A model generated the notes under the pieces. That model saw nothing but the letters and a program-made list of their open reading frames with translations, was not told the DNA's origin and searched no databases. A DNA stretch of 64,000 bases from Octopus vulgaris. Lineage: Eukaryota. This document shows, piece by piece, positions 25,499-38,934 of the stretch. The position numbers and the translations under genes are program-made. Numbering within the stretch: position 1 is the stretch's first letter; each line of letters starts with the position of its first letter. The DNA lies in the NCBI GenBank assembly GCA_951406725.2, contig OX597817.1, positions 98,084,001 through 98,148,000 of the forward strand. Direction: 5' to 3'.

Positions 25499-25913
25499 AA
25501 ATATTAACAAAAGAAACAAATTAGTACATAGGTAATCGTTTTTATTTCGTATATTTTCATTTGTCTTGCTTATTATTATCTAGTTCTAGAAATTATATTT
25601 CGTAAACGACAGACTATGCTGACGATCTTGCAGATGTTTAGGTATCCATATACGTAAATATTAACAAGTGAAACTAATTAGTACATAGGTAATCGTTTTT
25701 ATTTCGTATATTTTTATTTGTCTTGCTTATTTTTACACTTTGGTTTTTTGTTGAATTTTTTTCTTGAGAACACATTCTTCGTGGTAAATGACGAGTTTGG
25801 CGTCTATTTCTAGCATACAGGCTGTCCACTATTAGTGGTCATTCCTCTAAATTTTGTATATATCACATATATATATCATATATATATATATATATATATA
25901 TATCGTATATATA

Positions 25914-26300
25914 ATAGGAGCAGGAGTGGCTGTGTGGTAAGTAACTTGCTTACCAACCACATGGTTCCGGGTTCAGTCCCACTGCGTGGCATGTTTGGCA
26001 AGTGTTTTCTACTATAGCCTTGTGAGTGGATTTGGTAGACAGAAACTGAAAGAAGCCCGTCATATATATGTATATATATGTGTGTGCGTGTGTATGTTTG
26101 TGTGTCTGTGTTTGTCCCCCTTGCATTGCTTGACAACCAATGCTGGTGTGTTTACGTCGCCATCACTTAGCAGTTTGGCAAAAGAGACCGATATAATAAG
26201 CACTGGTCTTACAAAGAATATGTCCTGGAGTCGATTTGCTCGACTAAAGGCGGTGCTCCAACATGGCCACAGTCAAATGACTGAAACAAGTAAAAGAGTA
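25914..26300 (+). mobile_element. CORE-type SINE (family S2)
   Basis: Homologous to 18483-18888. Confidence 0.85.
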
Positions 26301-26310
26301 ATATATATAT

Positions 26311-26392
<82 letters not shown>

Positions 26393-26627
26393 CATTTATA
26401 TATACATCACACATATATATATATATATCATATATATATATCATATATAATATATATATATGATATATATATATGATATATATATATATGTGTGATGTAT
26501 ATATAAATGATTATATATATCATACATATATATCATACATATATATCATTATATATATCATACATATATATCATATATATATATATATATATCATACAGA
26601 CACACACACATATATATATATATATAT

Positions 26628-26933
26628 GGAGGCGCAATGGCCTAGTTGTTAGGGCAGCAGACTCGCGGTAGCAGTATAGCGGTTTCGATTCCCAGACCGG
26701 GTGTTGTGAGTGTTTATTGAGCGAAAAACACCTAAAAGCTCCACGAGGCTCCGGCAGGGTGTGGTGATCCCTGTTGTACTCTTTCACCACTCTTTCTCCC
26801 ACTCTTTCTTCTGTCGGCCTGCTCGCTTAGCCAGCGGGGTGGCGTCATTCGAAGGGTAAAACTATGCGAACAAATTGTGACCAGCGATGTGTAACAACAT
26901 CTGATGGTCTGGTCAGTCACATGATCACGTGAT
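26628..26933 (+). mobile_element. tRNA-derived SINE (family S3)
   Basis: A box TGGCCTAGTTG and B box GGTTTCGATTCC. GC-rich body embedded in (TA)n. Confidence 0.65.
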
Positions 26934-26953
26934 ATATATATATATATATATAT

Positions 26954-26993
<40 letters not shown>

Positions 26994-27009
26994 ATATATA
27001 TATATGATA

Positions 27010-30000
27010 TAAACTTAGATAAACTTAGATATGTTTCGACCAAAGATTGGTCCAGGCCATGTCTAACTTAATAGCACCACCTGATAGGATTATTCGAATC
27101 CTGTTTAAGTCAAGTTTTGTTTGAGTCAAGTTTTGTTCAAGTAGTGAGTTCTTGTTGGGTGAGTTGTATCCAGTTTTGTTCAAGTAGTGAGTTCTTGTTG
27201 GGTGAGTTGTATCCAATTATGGGTGGCTTATCTGGTATTCTTTGAAGGAATCTATCCAGACTCTGTTTAAAGTTGATGGGATCCTTTTCCTCTTTGATCT
27301 CCCTCGAGACAATGTTAAATAGGGCAGGGCCTGTTGAGGAAAAGAAATTATGTTGCAGTGTACATGTATGTTGTGATCTTGAATTGGGCAGGGGACGTAT
27401 AGCCCGTGGTCCAAGTCTTGGATGAACCTTGAAGCTAATGTTTAGGTCGTTTGGGCAAAGTTGGCGGTATATTTTCCACATCGTACAAATGATGTACCGC
27501 TCACGGCGACGCTGGAGGGAGTAAAGTTTCAAGGCTTTAAGGTGATCCCAATAATCATGAGCAGCCATGCCTTCAATTTGTTTAGTGAGTGCCCTCTGGG
27601 GTGACTCAATTCTGGAGATGTTTTGTCCTGTGTGAGGAGACCACAGTGGGCAGCAGTATTCAAGGTGTGGCCGTACAAAGGAGGAAAAAAGTGGTATGAT
27701 GACACCTTGTTCTCTGGACCGGAAAGTTCTTAAGATCCAGGAACTCATCCTACGAGCTATATCGACCTTCTTGTTGATGTGTGCACTCCAACTGAGATCG
27801 TCATCAACAATTACACTCAGGTATCTGATATTGTTAGAGGCTGTGAGCGGTTCCCCTGAAGGAAGAGAGTATGGTTGTTTTAGTGAGGAATTTCTTCCAA
27901 AATGCATCAGCTCAAATTTTCCCTCATTCAGTTGCATTTTGTTTCTGTCTGCCCATTGACTCACAGCATATAGATCAGACTGGAGTTGAGTTCGGTCTGC
28001 TTCTTCATTGACGATTTGCTGGAGCTTAGTGTCATCAGCAAATATTTTCACTTTGTAGTAATGTACAACACTGGAAAGGTCGTTTACGTAAATTATGAAG
28101 AGTAGCGGACCCAAAACAGTTCCCTGGGGAACACCACTGGTGACTTTTGCTGGGTTTGAATGGACTCCATCAGCTACAACATGTTGTGTTCTATTCACCA
28201 GAAAATACTTAATCCAGTGTAGAACTTTTCCACGGATTCCAACATTTGCCAATTTTGAGAGTAGGATGTTATGGTCTACCCTGTCGAACGCTTTACTGAA
28301 GTCAAGATATATGACGTCAGAGTTCGAACCTGTTCTCAAGGCTTTGAGTACATCTTCAATGTGATGTAAGAGCTGTGTTAGACAGTCCCTGCCACAGCGA
28401 AAGCCATGTTGATTTGCATTTAGGAGTTTGTGGGTCTCCAGGAAGTCAGCTATCCTTGATTTTAACACTCTTTCAAACACTTTAATGATGTGGGAAGTGA
28501 GTGAGATTGGGTGATAGTTGACTGCGAGGGATCTGTTTCCCTGTTTGAAAACCGGGATGACCGACTGGGATAGAAACTGTTTCGGTATATAACCTGCGTC
28601 TAACGAATTTCTCTAGAGGTTGGTCAGAGGGACTGCAAGTTGGTATCTACATTCCTTCAGGAGACTAGTGGGAAATCTATCAGGGCCTACAGCAGAGTAA
28701 TGTTTGACCTCATTTATTGCTGCTACGATGTCAGTGGCAGTGAAGGTTATGTCTGAAATTTTGTGTTGGGAGTCAACTTCGTTTGTTTCCCTTATGTCAA
28801 TATCAGTGGGTACACTAAAGACAGAGCAGTATTGTTTCTGCAGTATTTCTGCCATTTCTTTAGCATCGTGTTGGGGAATGCCGTTATCATCAATCAATGG
28901 CCCAATGGGTGAGACAGTGGTTCTATGCTTATTTGCATAAGAATAGAACACTTTTGGGTTCTGTTTGATGTTTTTGATTACCCATTGTTCCTCCACAGCT
29001 CTTTGATTTTCAATGGAGGTTTTCATGTTGGTCTGCAGATGAAGTTTTTCCAGCTCTAGCTCTAGTCTTTTCATTGTTGTTGAATGTGGATGTTGTGTGT
29101 GGCAATATTTTAATTGGTTGATTTTTTTGTTGAGTCTTTTGATGCGCCTGATGAGTGTTTTTTTCTTTTTAGGGAGCAGGTTTCTGTTTGTGTTAGAAGA
29201 TTTCTTGGGAGCGTGTTTAGAGCATGTATAGGTGACAATGTTTTCAAAGTGCTGCCACGCGGTCTCAATATGTGAGGAATTGAGAGTAAAAGACCAGTCG
29301 ATGGAAGACAGATCCTTTCTGATTGTTCCCCAGTCCGCTTTGTGGAAGTTTATGTTGTCAAATGGGTGCCATGGAGTGGGATTGGCTGGTTTGGTTTTTA
29401 TATGTCGGGAATTAAGATTGCAGAGTACCATGTCGTGGTCTGAGAGGAGAGTTTTTTCGACTGAAATACTGTGGACGTAGCTAGAGTGATTGGTCAATAC
29501 CAGATCCAAGATCGTTTTATTCTGTCTCGTTGGTTCAAGCACTAAGCTGAGTCAGGAAATACTCATCCATCAGATTAAAGAGCAGTTCTGCTGCTGCTCT
29601 ATCTGATGTAGAGCACTTGCCTAACTTCAGAGTATTTGTGGGCCAGTTTACATGAGGGAGGTTAAAATCAACCATCACTAGTATGTTTCCGGAGTGGTAC
29701 TTCCGAAGGAAGGACTTGACTTTGCTAAGGCACTCTTCAAAGTACTTTAGAGGTGCCTGGGGAGGCCTGTAAAGACCAACAATGGTTATGTCCTTAGCTT
29801 TGTTGTATAGTGATACCGATTCACAGTAGCCATTGGAAAATATGTCCTTGGCATCAAGTGAAAAGGAGTCATGGATAAAGATGGCTGTCCCGCCCTTATT
29901 TCGGTCTGTGCGATCCGCATGAACAATGGTGAAATCTTTTATTTTCACCTCTGCGTCCATATGGGTGTTGTTCAGGTGAGTCTCGGTAAGGATAAAGAAA

Positions 30001-31190
30001 GGGAAGCAATGTGCTATTTCGGCAAGCCAACTCTCTATATTTGGGATCTTCCATTTTTGGGCAATAATTGATGGGTTGATGCCACATACATTTAACAGGA
30101 ATGTCGAGGTAAGGGAAGTTGGTAATGGGTGAGTGGTCCTTGTGATTTGCATAGATGGTTGGTGATAGCTCGCTGGATCTCTTGGCTTAGGTCGGCCTTC
30201 ATATTTTCTAGGTATGTCAGTAAAAAAAGAGTTACTTGTTTGGTTTGCCACTTGGTCAGGGGATACATATTTCATGTTGGCGTTGCTTGGTGTTTTTTCA
30301 TGGTTCTGTCTACGTTGTTTGATTGTGGGAGGGGAAACGTGGTTGTATTTTGTTCTTGTTGTTGTCCTAGATTTCCTCTGTTCCTGTTTATATTTATTCT
30401 GTGATCGTTTTGTGCCCTTCAGATGGTGGTGGTTGCATTCTGGGTTCAGGCACATCCTTTGTGAGACAGAAGTTTGGCACAGTTTAGGATGGAATAAGGT
30501 GCATCCATTGCCTTTTATGCATCCGTATTTAGGATCAGAACCATAGATTCTGTAATTAGGACAGTATTTGGGGTGGAGGTGGGGGCAATTTTTTCCTGTT
30601 ATACCGTATGAACAGGTGCCCATAACAAGTCTACAACATAAGGTCGGATGGGAAAAAGCACAGCGTCCATTGTTGTTTGTGCTGCTGGGGCCAAATCTAC
30701 AATTGCCTTTAGAATAGTAACGGCAGGGGGTTTTATTTGGTTGTAGTAGTGGTTTTTCTATTCTGGCAGTAGTAGCAGTAGTGTTAGAAGCAGCTTGTTG
30801 ATTTTGTGATGGTGGGTTCTGGCTTGCCAGAATGTGGTCAAATCTGCAGCTGCCTTGAGAGTAGTAATGGCAGATAGTTTTATGTGGATGTAGTAGTGAT
30901 TTTCCTATTGTGGCGGTAGCAGTAGTAGTGGAGAGTTGTTTTTGTTGTAGCAGCATTGGAACTTAACTAGTGGTAGTATTAGAGTGTTGTTGTTGTTGTT
31001 TTTGTTGCTGTAGCGAAGGTGAAACTTGACTTGGTTCATCAGGTGCTGTTGTCAATGGAAGTAGGTCAGTTGATTGTTGCTGTTGAAGTGACCCCTGATC
31101 TGTTGGAATTTGGTCATTTGGTGTACTGGATTCGTTGGCAAGAATGGCTTTTAGTGTAGCCATGTGCGCGTGAAAAATAGGGAATATCCT
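27010..31190 (-). mobile_element. Near full-length CR1-group LINE: CCCH fingers, APE endonuclease, RT (frameshifted), (ATCTAAGTTT)2 tail
   Basis: ORFs 29535-30956 (CCCH repeats; ILTETHL, GLYRPP, DFNLP), 28613-29542 (PTR..ILDLVL, SDHD) and 27137-28480 (YLDFSKAFD, PQGTVLGPLLF, FADDTK). Confidence 0.92.
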
Positions 31191-31193
31191 AAC

Positions 31194-31797
31194 AATTTCT
31201 TTTATTTTATTTTCTATCTGTTTTACAGATCTGTGAAAGGATTTTTTCGTTAAATCCTCAGTTATTTTACTGTAAACATTAGCTTCGTTAGATACTGCCA
31301 CTATTAAAATTATCTTATTTAAATTAATATCCCAATCAAAATCTCATTGTGACATGAATGATGTGAGATTTCAATCAGTCAACACAACACATTATATAAT
31401 GTGACCAATATTTGACTTGAAAACCTTGATTATATTGAAAATTTATTGAGTCACATAGGAGTCTAATCATCAGAAAAAGTCCAAAAAGTATCAGCAAAAT
31501 CTACTTACTTGTTTTTTATTCTCTTCATCTTAACAAACTTATCTTTCCATACTTTGCTGGATGCTGTTAGAAAAGATATTTACAAAATTTCAATTTCTTT
31601 TATAAGTCAGAAAAAGTCTCAAATATTCAGACGATTACAAATTCTACTTACATCTAACAACTTCCTTGTGCATTCGGTAAACTTCTTTCAACAACGATTC
31701 CATCTTAGTTCCAATGCCACTAGATTTCTGAGTTGTTTCTGATTTAGTGGGACTCATTTTCAATGATTTTGCAGCAGTAGATGTCATAGTAACAGGG
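31194..31797 (-). pseudogene. Three putative exons (31797-31652, 31563-31509, 31300-31194) encoding a Myb/SANT-like (trihelix-type) domain
   Basis: Two GTAAGT donors and a TCTTTTCTAACAG acceptor. Exons 1-2 splice in frame. VWKDKF...NEANVYSKITEDLTKKSFHRSVKQIENKIKEI. The exon 2-3 phase is off by 1 nt. Confidence 0.5.
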
Positions 31798-34129
31798 CTG
31801 ATTTTTATTGGAAATAATAAAACAGACAAACAATGATTAAAACAGATGTCTATGTCTACATGTATATGTGTTTATATGGAAATCATCAGCATCAGTTTAC
31901 ATCCAGATTTTCATATTGGCATGGATTAGGCAGTGGGCTGGGGATTGTTACTGTCCTCTTAGTTCAGAGACTACATTTTACTCATATCTATTAACAATGG
32001 TTTAGATGCCTTTCCTATCATCAACCACATTCGAGAGTCTACTGGGTGTATTTTATTATGACACCAGCAATGGATGGGAGTGAGGAATGTCAATAATAAG
32101 TGATAAAGGAAAGAGAAAAATGTATGTGATTACCTACATGTGTCTTTGCTCTCTTTAAAACAAAGATAGACTGTATGATACCTCTGTATGAAATGTTATG
32201 TTGCATGAAACTGATTGCAGATCTCCAAAGGAGAAATGTAGTGAACATATTTTGTTGGATGAGTAATGCTTGGGTACAAGAAAATGAGGCACAGGTAAGT
32301 TGAAAAAAAAATTGAATATGAGAAATCAGATGTAGCATGTGTTGATGCAGGCACGTAATGCACATGGTTGATGACATATCAGTAAGTATGCCAGATGATT
32401 AATATGGATGAAAGAAGTCAAGGAAGGCATGGACAGAAGTGATAAAAGCTGATCTCAGAATGCTGAATTTCACAAATGAAATGACAAAAAATGCAGAAAT
32501 AGTGAGATGCTGCACTGAAGAAGTCATGTCCAAGACATATAAACAAATTTATCATACAAAAATTTGTTGAATCAAAACCTAACTCAATCTTTTGTAGCCA
32601 AAGTGCTATTGAATTTTAGTGATCTGTCCAGTCTAAAATTTCACCTGAAAAAATTCTTTCTTCTTAGAGAATGGACTCAATATGAGGAATCTTCACGTTC
32701 CTTGGATTTCATCCAGAGGGAATAGATTTGATCAACAGCAAAATTGTTACTCAGGGGCATCTTACCCCAAATCAATAGTAAGAAATTTGTACTACCAAAT
32801 CATATGTAAAAGTTAGAGTTCTAAAAATGCTAATTATTTTCACTGCTTGTCATCCAATTTCTGAATAGGTTAAATATAATTCTCCAACCTATATCCAACT
32901 TGTTTGCTCTCTAAATTGGAACACTTCTTAAGTTCACATTTTATTGTTTTGAATGGCAGTCTAAATTTGCACCAGAGGCTGGTGGGACAATGTAGCAGGG
33001 AAATACTCCCAAGTTTATCTGATTCCAAATATGAGCCATTTGTTGGGGTAGAACCCCCAATAGCTAAATCTATAAACCAGGAAGCCATGCAGACATATGC
33101 ACAGAAATTCATATTCACCAGTCACCTTCCATGCTGGCTTGGATAGGACAGTTTGACAAGATCTAACAAAAAGAAGACTGAGTTGAATTCCAATGTCTGT
33201 CTTGGTACAGTTTTTATAGGTGGATACCCTTGCTAACACCAACTGTTTTTCTGCATTTTAAGTACTTTTTTGTAGCACCAGCACTAGTAAAATCTCCAAG
33301 TAACTTGCAAGACAAAACCCTAGACAGGTACAAGTTTCTTGCTGTAGAGAAGATACATGACTATCCTAGTTGGAAAGGGAGAAAGGATGATAGTCACAAG
33401 GTGTCAAGGTGTACATTCAAGGCACAAGAAGGTGGATATAAGAGAGAAAAGGGGAGAGAATACTGACGGTGGGTGAATGGGTAGGTTCAGAAGAGTATGA
33501 AAGGAGAGTGACAGATGGGTTAGAGATGGACTAGAAGTAAATGCATTGGAGGACATGGAGTGGAACATGGTCAACGGTAAATCTGTTGGTGAGGAGGTAA
33601 GAAAAATAGGAGATGGTTAGGGAAGAGGTGGTAAGTGGAAGTACCTATGGGTTGGGGTGGAGAACAAGGTATAGTAAAACTGAAATAGGGAGATGTGAAT
33701 TGTGGAGTGAGAGAGGGATGCACAATAACAGAGAGAGGTCAGAGGTATGTAAGAGTGGATATGAGTGACACAGGTGTGTCAATGACAGATATGAGAGCAT
33801 TTAGTAGAAAATAAAGTGAGAAAGGGTGATAATGGGATGCTGGACAGGTGACAAAGGAAGTGGTTCCAGGGATGAATATGTGCAGCCCTGCTTTCATACA
33901 ATTACAGCACCTGAGTAAATATTGTCATGGTTACAAGTGTTGGGTGTTAGGAAGATGAGTTGCAAGGAAGGATTGACAGATACAGATTGGGTGTGGGGGG
34001 GCACATCAATTTTATGGTTTTAGGACCTAATTTGTTTTGCTGATGGATAGGTCTTCTTAAGCACAGTAAATCACCTGTCATCTTCACCATGAGGTTCAAC
34101 ATCACCATTTCATTCCATGTCTTCCTGAG

Positions 34130-36049
34130 TCTCCCTCATGTCTAGAAACCCTGTGACATACTTAGATTGTTGAAAAAAATCGATATGGCCCCTGGAAGGG
34201 ATCTTTATATATAACTAATTTTTTTTAAACACCCAAAGGAAATAACCTATAGCACCTGCACAATTTGCTTTTAAACACTCAAGGGAAATAACCCATATCA
34301 CTTGCACTTACAGTTGTTAGTTTTTAGTGAAGCGATCAATATTTGACTCTCACAATCAGCGGACCTAATTCTGCATTTCACTACTCAGGGTTTTCAACTG
34401 CTAAACCTTATTATTGCACTTTCTTGATGCATGTTCACTTTCAATAACCTTAAGTCTGATAATTCTGCATTTTTCCAGTTAAACGTTTCCGATGACAGTA
34501 CATAAATTTTTTATTCTAGATTCAGCGGACCTAATTCTGCATTTCACTACTCAGTTTTCAACTGCTAAACCTTATTATTGCACTTTCTTGATGCATGTAC
34601 ACTTTCAATGCACATAACTCTGATAATTCTGCATTTTTCCAGTTAAAATTTTTCGATGACAGTGCATAAATTTTTGATTCCAGAATGTATTAAGTGTGTC
34701 CCAATACAATGAACTCATACTATGAATGCTTAAAATTTTTAAATAATGAAACCAAACTTCCACACCACATTCAGTTGGGACACTCTGTATTACTCATACT
34801 TATTTTACAAATCATGTTTATTGCTTATCTACAGTTCATACAACATTTTCATGAAACTAATTGAGCCATCAAATTTAGAAATATTTTACAAGTTTCATTG
34901 TTTATGTTTGATCACTTTGAATATTGATTTTTTGTGTGTCCAATTTCTAATTTTTGCAGACAATATCACTTTTATAGTTTGACATGTGAGTAGAACTCAT
35001 GTCTGGAAACCTTGTGACATAGATTGTTGAAAAAATTCAATAACAGGGCCCCTCCAATGGATCCTTCTATCTCCTACATATTACTAATATTTTATTTAAA
35101 CAACCCAAAGGAAATAACCCATACCACTTGCAGTTTTTAGAGAAGTGATCAATATTTGATTCTCACAATCAGTTGACCTAATTCTGCATTTCTCTACTCA
35201 GTTTTGAACTGCTAAACATTATTATGGCACTTCCTTGATTTGAATCTTAAACCTTAAAGACTTCATTCATATATTTCTATACATACATACTTTTTTGAAC
35301 ACCCATTACTCTGATATTTCTGCATTTTTACAGTTACACTTTTTCCATGATAGTAGGTAATTTGTTTTATTCCACAACGTATTTGTAGTGGCTTCATGCA
35401 GGCATACCTTGGATTCAATCTTCGATTGCCAAATTTCACTTAACACTTCAACAACATTTTTCTCATGGTAAAACAATAGGTTTTCTATGAATGACAGCAG
35501 TTATTCATTTCCCAGATGCCTTCGCTAAGCAGAATAATGTCTTTATCACTTGACCCTTCTTACCTCTTCTAGGCCACCAGGGGCTGGAATGGAGATAACA
35601 GTCTTTCAACAAAATCATTTGTTCTCAACAATATGTCTATCCTTCTGGCTGCTTTTCCATAGTTATAAGAACAAGAACTTCATAAGCTAAAGGCAGTTAC
35701 TGAGAGCAACCATCAGTGAGTGTGAATGTTATTATTGCACTTTCTTCATTTCATTCTTAAACATTAAACACTTCATTCATATATTTATATACATATATAC
35801 TACATTTATATATCACCTTTAATAATTAGCCTTCATAAAGTTCACCTTTAAAATGCCATGTGTCTGAGTACTTTCTTGCCAACCACCAACAATCTCTCCC
35901 TCCTCCAGCTGACAGTTTTTTGTACTTTTTCGTAACGGAAAATACACTTTTTGTAACAGTTATAACGCAATTGCTTTCTTATATCAGAGTAATAAGGCGT
36001 TTCAATAGAATATCTTTACCCTCGAGAATTAGTGGGGTACACCAGCTAG
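34130..36049 (+). mobile_element. Probable non-autonomous Helitron 3' part with internal duplications
   Basis: Terminal hairpin TACCCTC...GTGGGGTA then CTAG|T at 36046-36050. A block of about 160 bp (GACCTAATTCTGCATTTC..) occurs three times near 34360, 34525 and 35175. The left end is uncertain. Confidence 0.5.
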
Positions 36050-36067
36050 TATATATATATATAAATA

Positions 36068-36278
36068 TATATATTAAATTGGAGATAAAACCACTATTAG
36101 GCAAATCAAACAGTGAAAAGCATAAACCAAAACATAGAAATAAATTTAATTAATATAATATACAAAATATATAAAATATAATATTCAAAATTTAAATTAA
36201 ATTTATTTCTATGTTTTGGTTTATGCTTTTCACTGTTTGATTTGCCCAATAGTGGTTTTATCTCTAATTTAATATATA
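36068..36278. repeat. Inverted repeat, about 85-bp arms
   Basis: GAGATAAAACCACTATT.GGCAAATCAAACAGTGAAAAGCATAAACCAAAACATAGAAATAAATTTAATT and its reverse complement. Confidence 0.85.
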
Positions 36279-36357
36279 TATATATTTATACTGTAAAATT
36301 AGATTTAATCCTAAATCTAATTTTTTCCTTAAGTTTGGATTTACTCCCTAATATTAT

Positions 36358-36391
<34 letters not shown>

Positions 36392-37354
36392 GTGTTTTTG
36401 TATGTATGATTGTATACATTTATATATGTGTGTGTGTGTGCGTGTATATGATCTTTTCTGTGTGGCTAAGATTTCAAAAATCAAAGTTATTTGAAAATTT
36501 CGTACATTAACATATAAAGCACAAATCGCCATGATTGTGGCCGAAATAGATAGTTTATGAGCGTTTGTTGGGGGTCTAATGTCACTCAAATGCTCCAATA
36601 CCCCCTGAATGCAAGAGGACAGACAGTTCAACTAATGAATTTTCAGATGATGTAAAACTTGCCACCTTTAGATATTTTATAAGAAGATATTTTAACTATT
36701 TTTTTGTTTTTTGTGTGTGCATGGTAATCTCATTTTCATAAAATGTGCTCAGCAGTCCATGCTATTTAAGTGCAAATCCCAGCACTTTATGAGTTAATGT
36801 AGTTTTCCAAGCTGAATTGCTGGAGTTATTTTACTTTTACCAGAAATTTTTTTTTTAAGTTATAGGTTTAAAGTTTGATCATTTTCATCTGCTCAGGAAA
36901 CAAGATTTGGAAGCTGTAATTTTGTGTGTGGCTGCACATTTTGTCAACATCCTGAAAATAACACTTGTGTTTTTATATGAAACCATACACAAATGAATTA
37001 CACACAATATATAACCTCTCGTAACTTTCTTTATTTTTTGAATTTTCAAAAATTTTTTGCAAATTTGTATTCCACACATGGAAATTCATACAATTATGCC
37101 AATAAAAAAATAATGGGGGGGGGGGATTTAAAGCCTATTTAGCTGTTATTTTTAGTACACATCACAACCACCTCAATGACAAAAATAAACAAGTAAACAA
37201 CATTTATTTTGTAGTTTTAAGCATTCAATATGCATTTAATGTGATAAACAGCAGAATACAAATGAAATTTCTCAAAATAAGAAACTTATAGCAAAAACTT
37301 AAAAGAATTATCCAAAAACAAAATAGTACATAGCATTGAATATTATTAAATCCA

Positions 37355-37720
37355 AATATCAACAATCTTCCCAGGACCACCAACCTTACCTGGAAAACAG
37401 ATCAGGTCCTCCACACGTACTTCCCTAACTTAGTTGTTACAATCAACAGCTGTGCAATGGCTCATCCCTAGTTCTTCAACACAAAACCGGACTGAAGTCA
37501 TTCCTTAACCCATGAGTAAAGGAAAAGCACTATAGTCCTAAGAGGAAGCGTGCCACCTTCAAACCTTGTGTCTTTCCTCACTGACAGACTCCATGCATCC
37601 TTGGCGCAAGTATTGCCAATACATATTCCCACCATGCTTTCTTGTATTCATAAAATTTGCATAATTTTCTTTTCTTGCAAGTACGAAACCACATCCTCCT
37701 CTGGTGCGTGATTTAAGGCC
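37355..37720 (-). mobile_element. Merlin/ISXO2-like transposase N-terminal relic
   Basis: Manual translation across frameshifts: SV.RKDTRFEGGTLPLRTIVLFLYSW..TSVRFCVEELGMSHCTAVD.NN*VREV...GKVGGPGKIVDI, matching the KIGGPG.IVEIDES motif region. Confidence 0.7.
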
Positions 37721-38360
37721 TATTTGGCTCCTATTTTTAGCACATGACAACCACCTCAATGACTGAAACATATTAGTCAGCATGTGCTTTCTTGCAGACA
37801 AAAGAGATCTCATGTTTGGCTTGTTACTAAGGAAACAGGCATGAATGTATCTGTGGTTTACAAATAGCTAAAATTACCCCAAATTTTCAAACTTTAATCT
37901 CAAAATATGAGTTTAATATATATATATATTTGTCCAAAATCATGTAGTAGGGGTGAAGGGAGAGGAGAGAAAATAGTAATTCAGTGAAGGAGTAGTAGTG
38001 AGAGTAATAGCCATGATTGAGAGGGAGTGAGAGAAAGGAGTTGCAAAGAGCGCCATGTATCCTCTACTATATTAATACTCTTGTGTATTTCTTCGTCACA
38101 ACATATAAATGAGAAAGGAATGGTTGATCCACGAATGGAAGTGTTATGGTGAAAAGTCAACAGTGAAATAAAAATCAAACAGCACTTCAACTCTGTGTGA
38201 GTATGTGTGTGTGTAAAAGAGATGAATGTAAATGTTTGTGTGTGTGTAAATGTATGTGTAAAATATATTTATATATTTGAGTGAGTGTATATGTGTTTGT
38301 GTATGTTTATTTAGAAAGATACATAGAAAATAGAATTACAGACACATGTACATTTTGCGC

Positions 38361-38410
<50 letters not shown>

Positions 38411-38934
38411 ATACTTAAAAGGGAAGGAAGCGGGCTGTAACATAGCATAGAAAACCGCTTTAGCTACAGAGTGTGCTGTTCATACATATAAATGTATACA
38501 TATACACACACACACACAGAGTTGAAGCACTGCTTGGTTTTTTATTCACCTTTTCTACCCATTTTATATATAAAATACTACAATTAGCTGTCATTTTTGA
38601 TGGCACAGGGCCAGCTAGTAGCTAATAACTCTTTACTTATTGATTTATGGCGAAAATTATTTTGTTGGTATTGATTAACGTATAAAAGCATATCATTATA
38701 CTGAATATGAAATCAATTTAAATAGAAATTGAAGAAACTGAAAATTGGCAGCCAAACAGAAAAGATCCTATATATTATATAAATAGGTCTATGTTTTTGT
38801 ACATACGTTTGTATACATTTATCTATTTGTCCATCTGTCTAGCTATCTATGCATACACACATATATTTATACATGTGTGGCTATATGCACACATACATAC
38901 ACACACACAGATAAATGTATACAAACGTACCTTG

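Noticed and set aside
25611-25632. DYADDLA peptide resembling an RT active site
   Set aside because: No other RT motifs or open frame around it; probably chance or an unrecognisable relic.
33420-33990. Purine-rich tract as a regulatory element
   Set aside because: Looks like a decayed repeat or low-complexity sequence; no specific motif could be supported.
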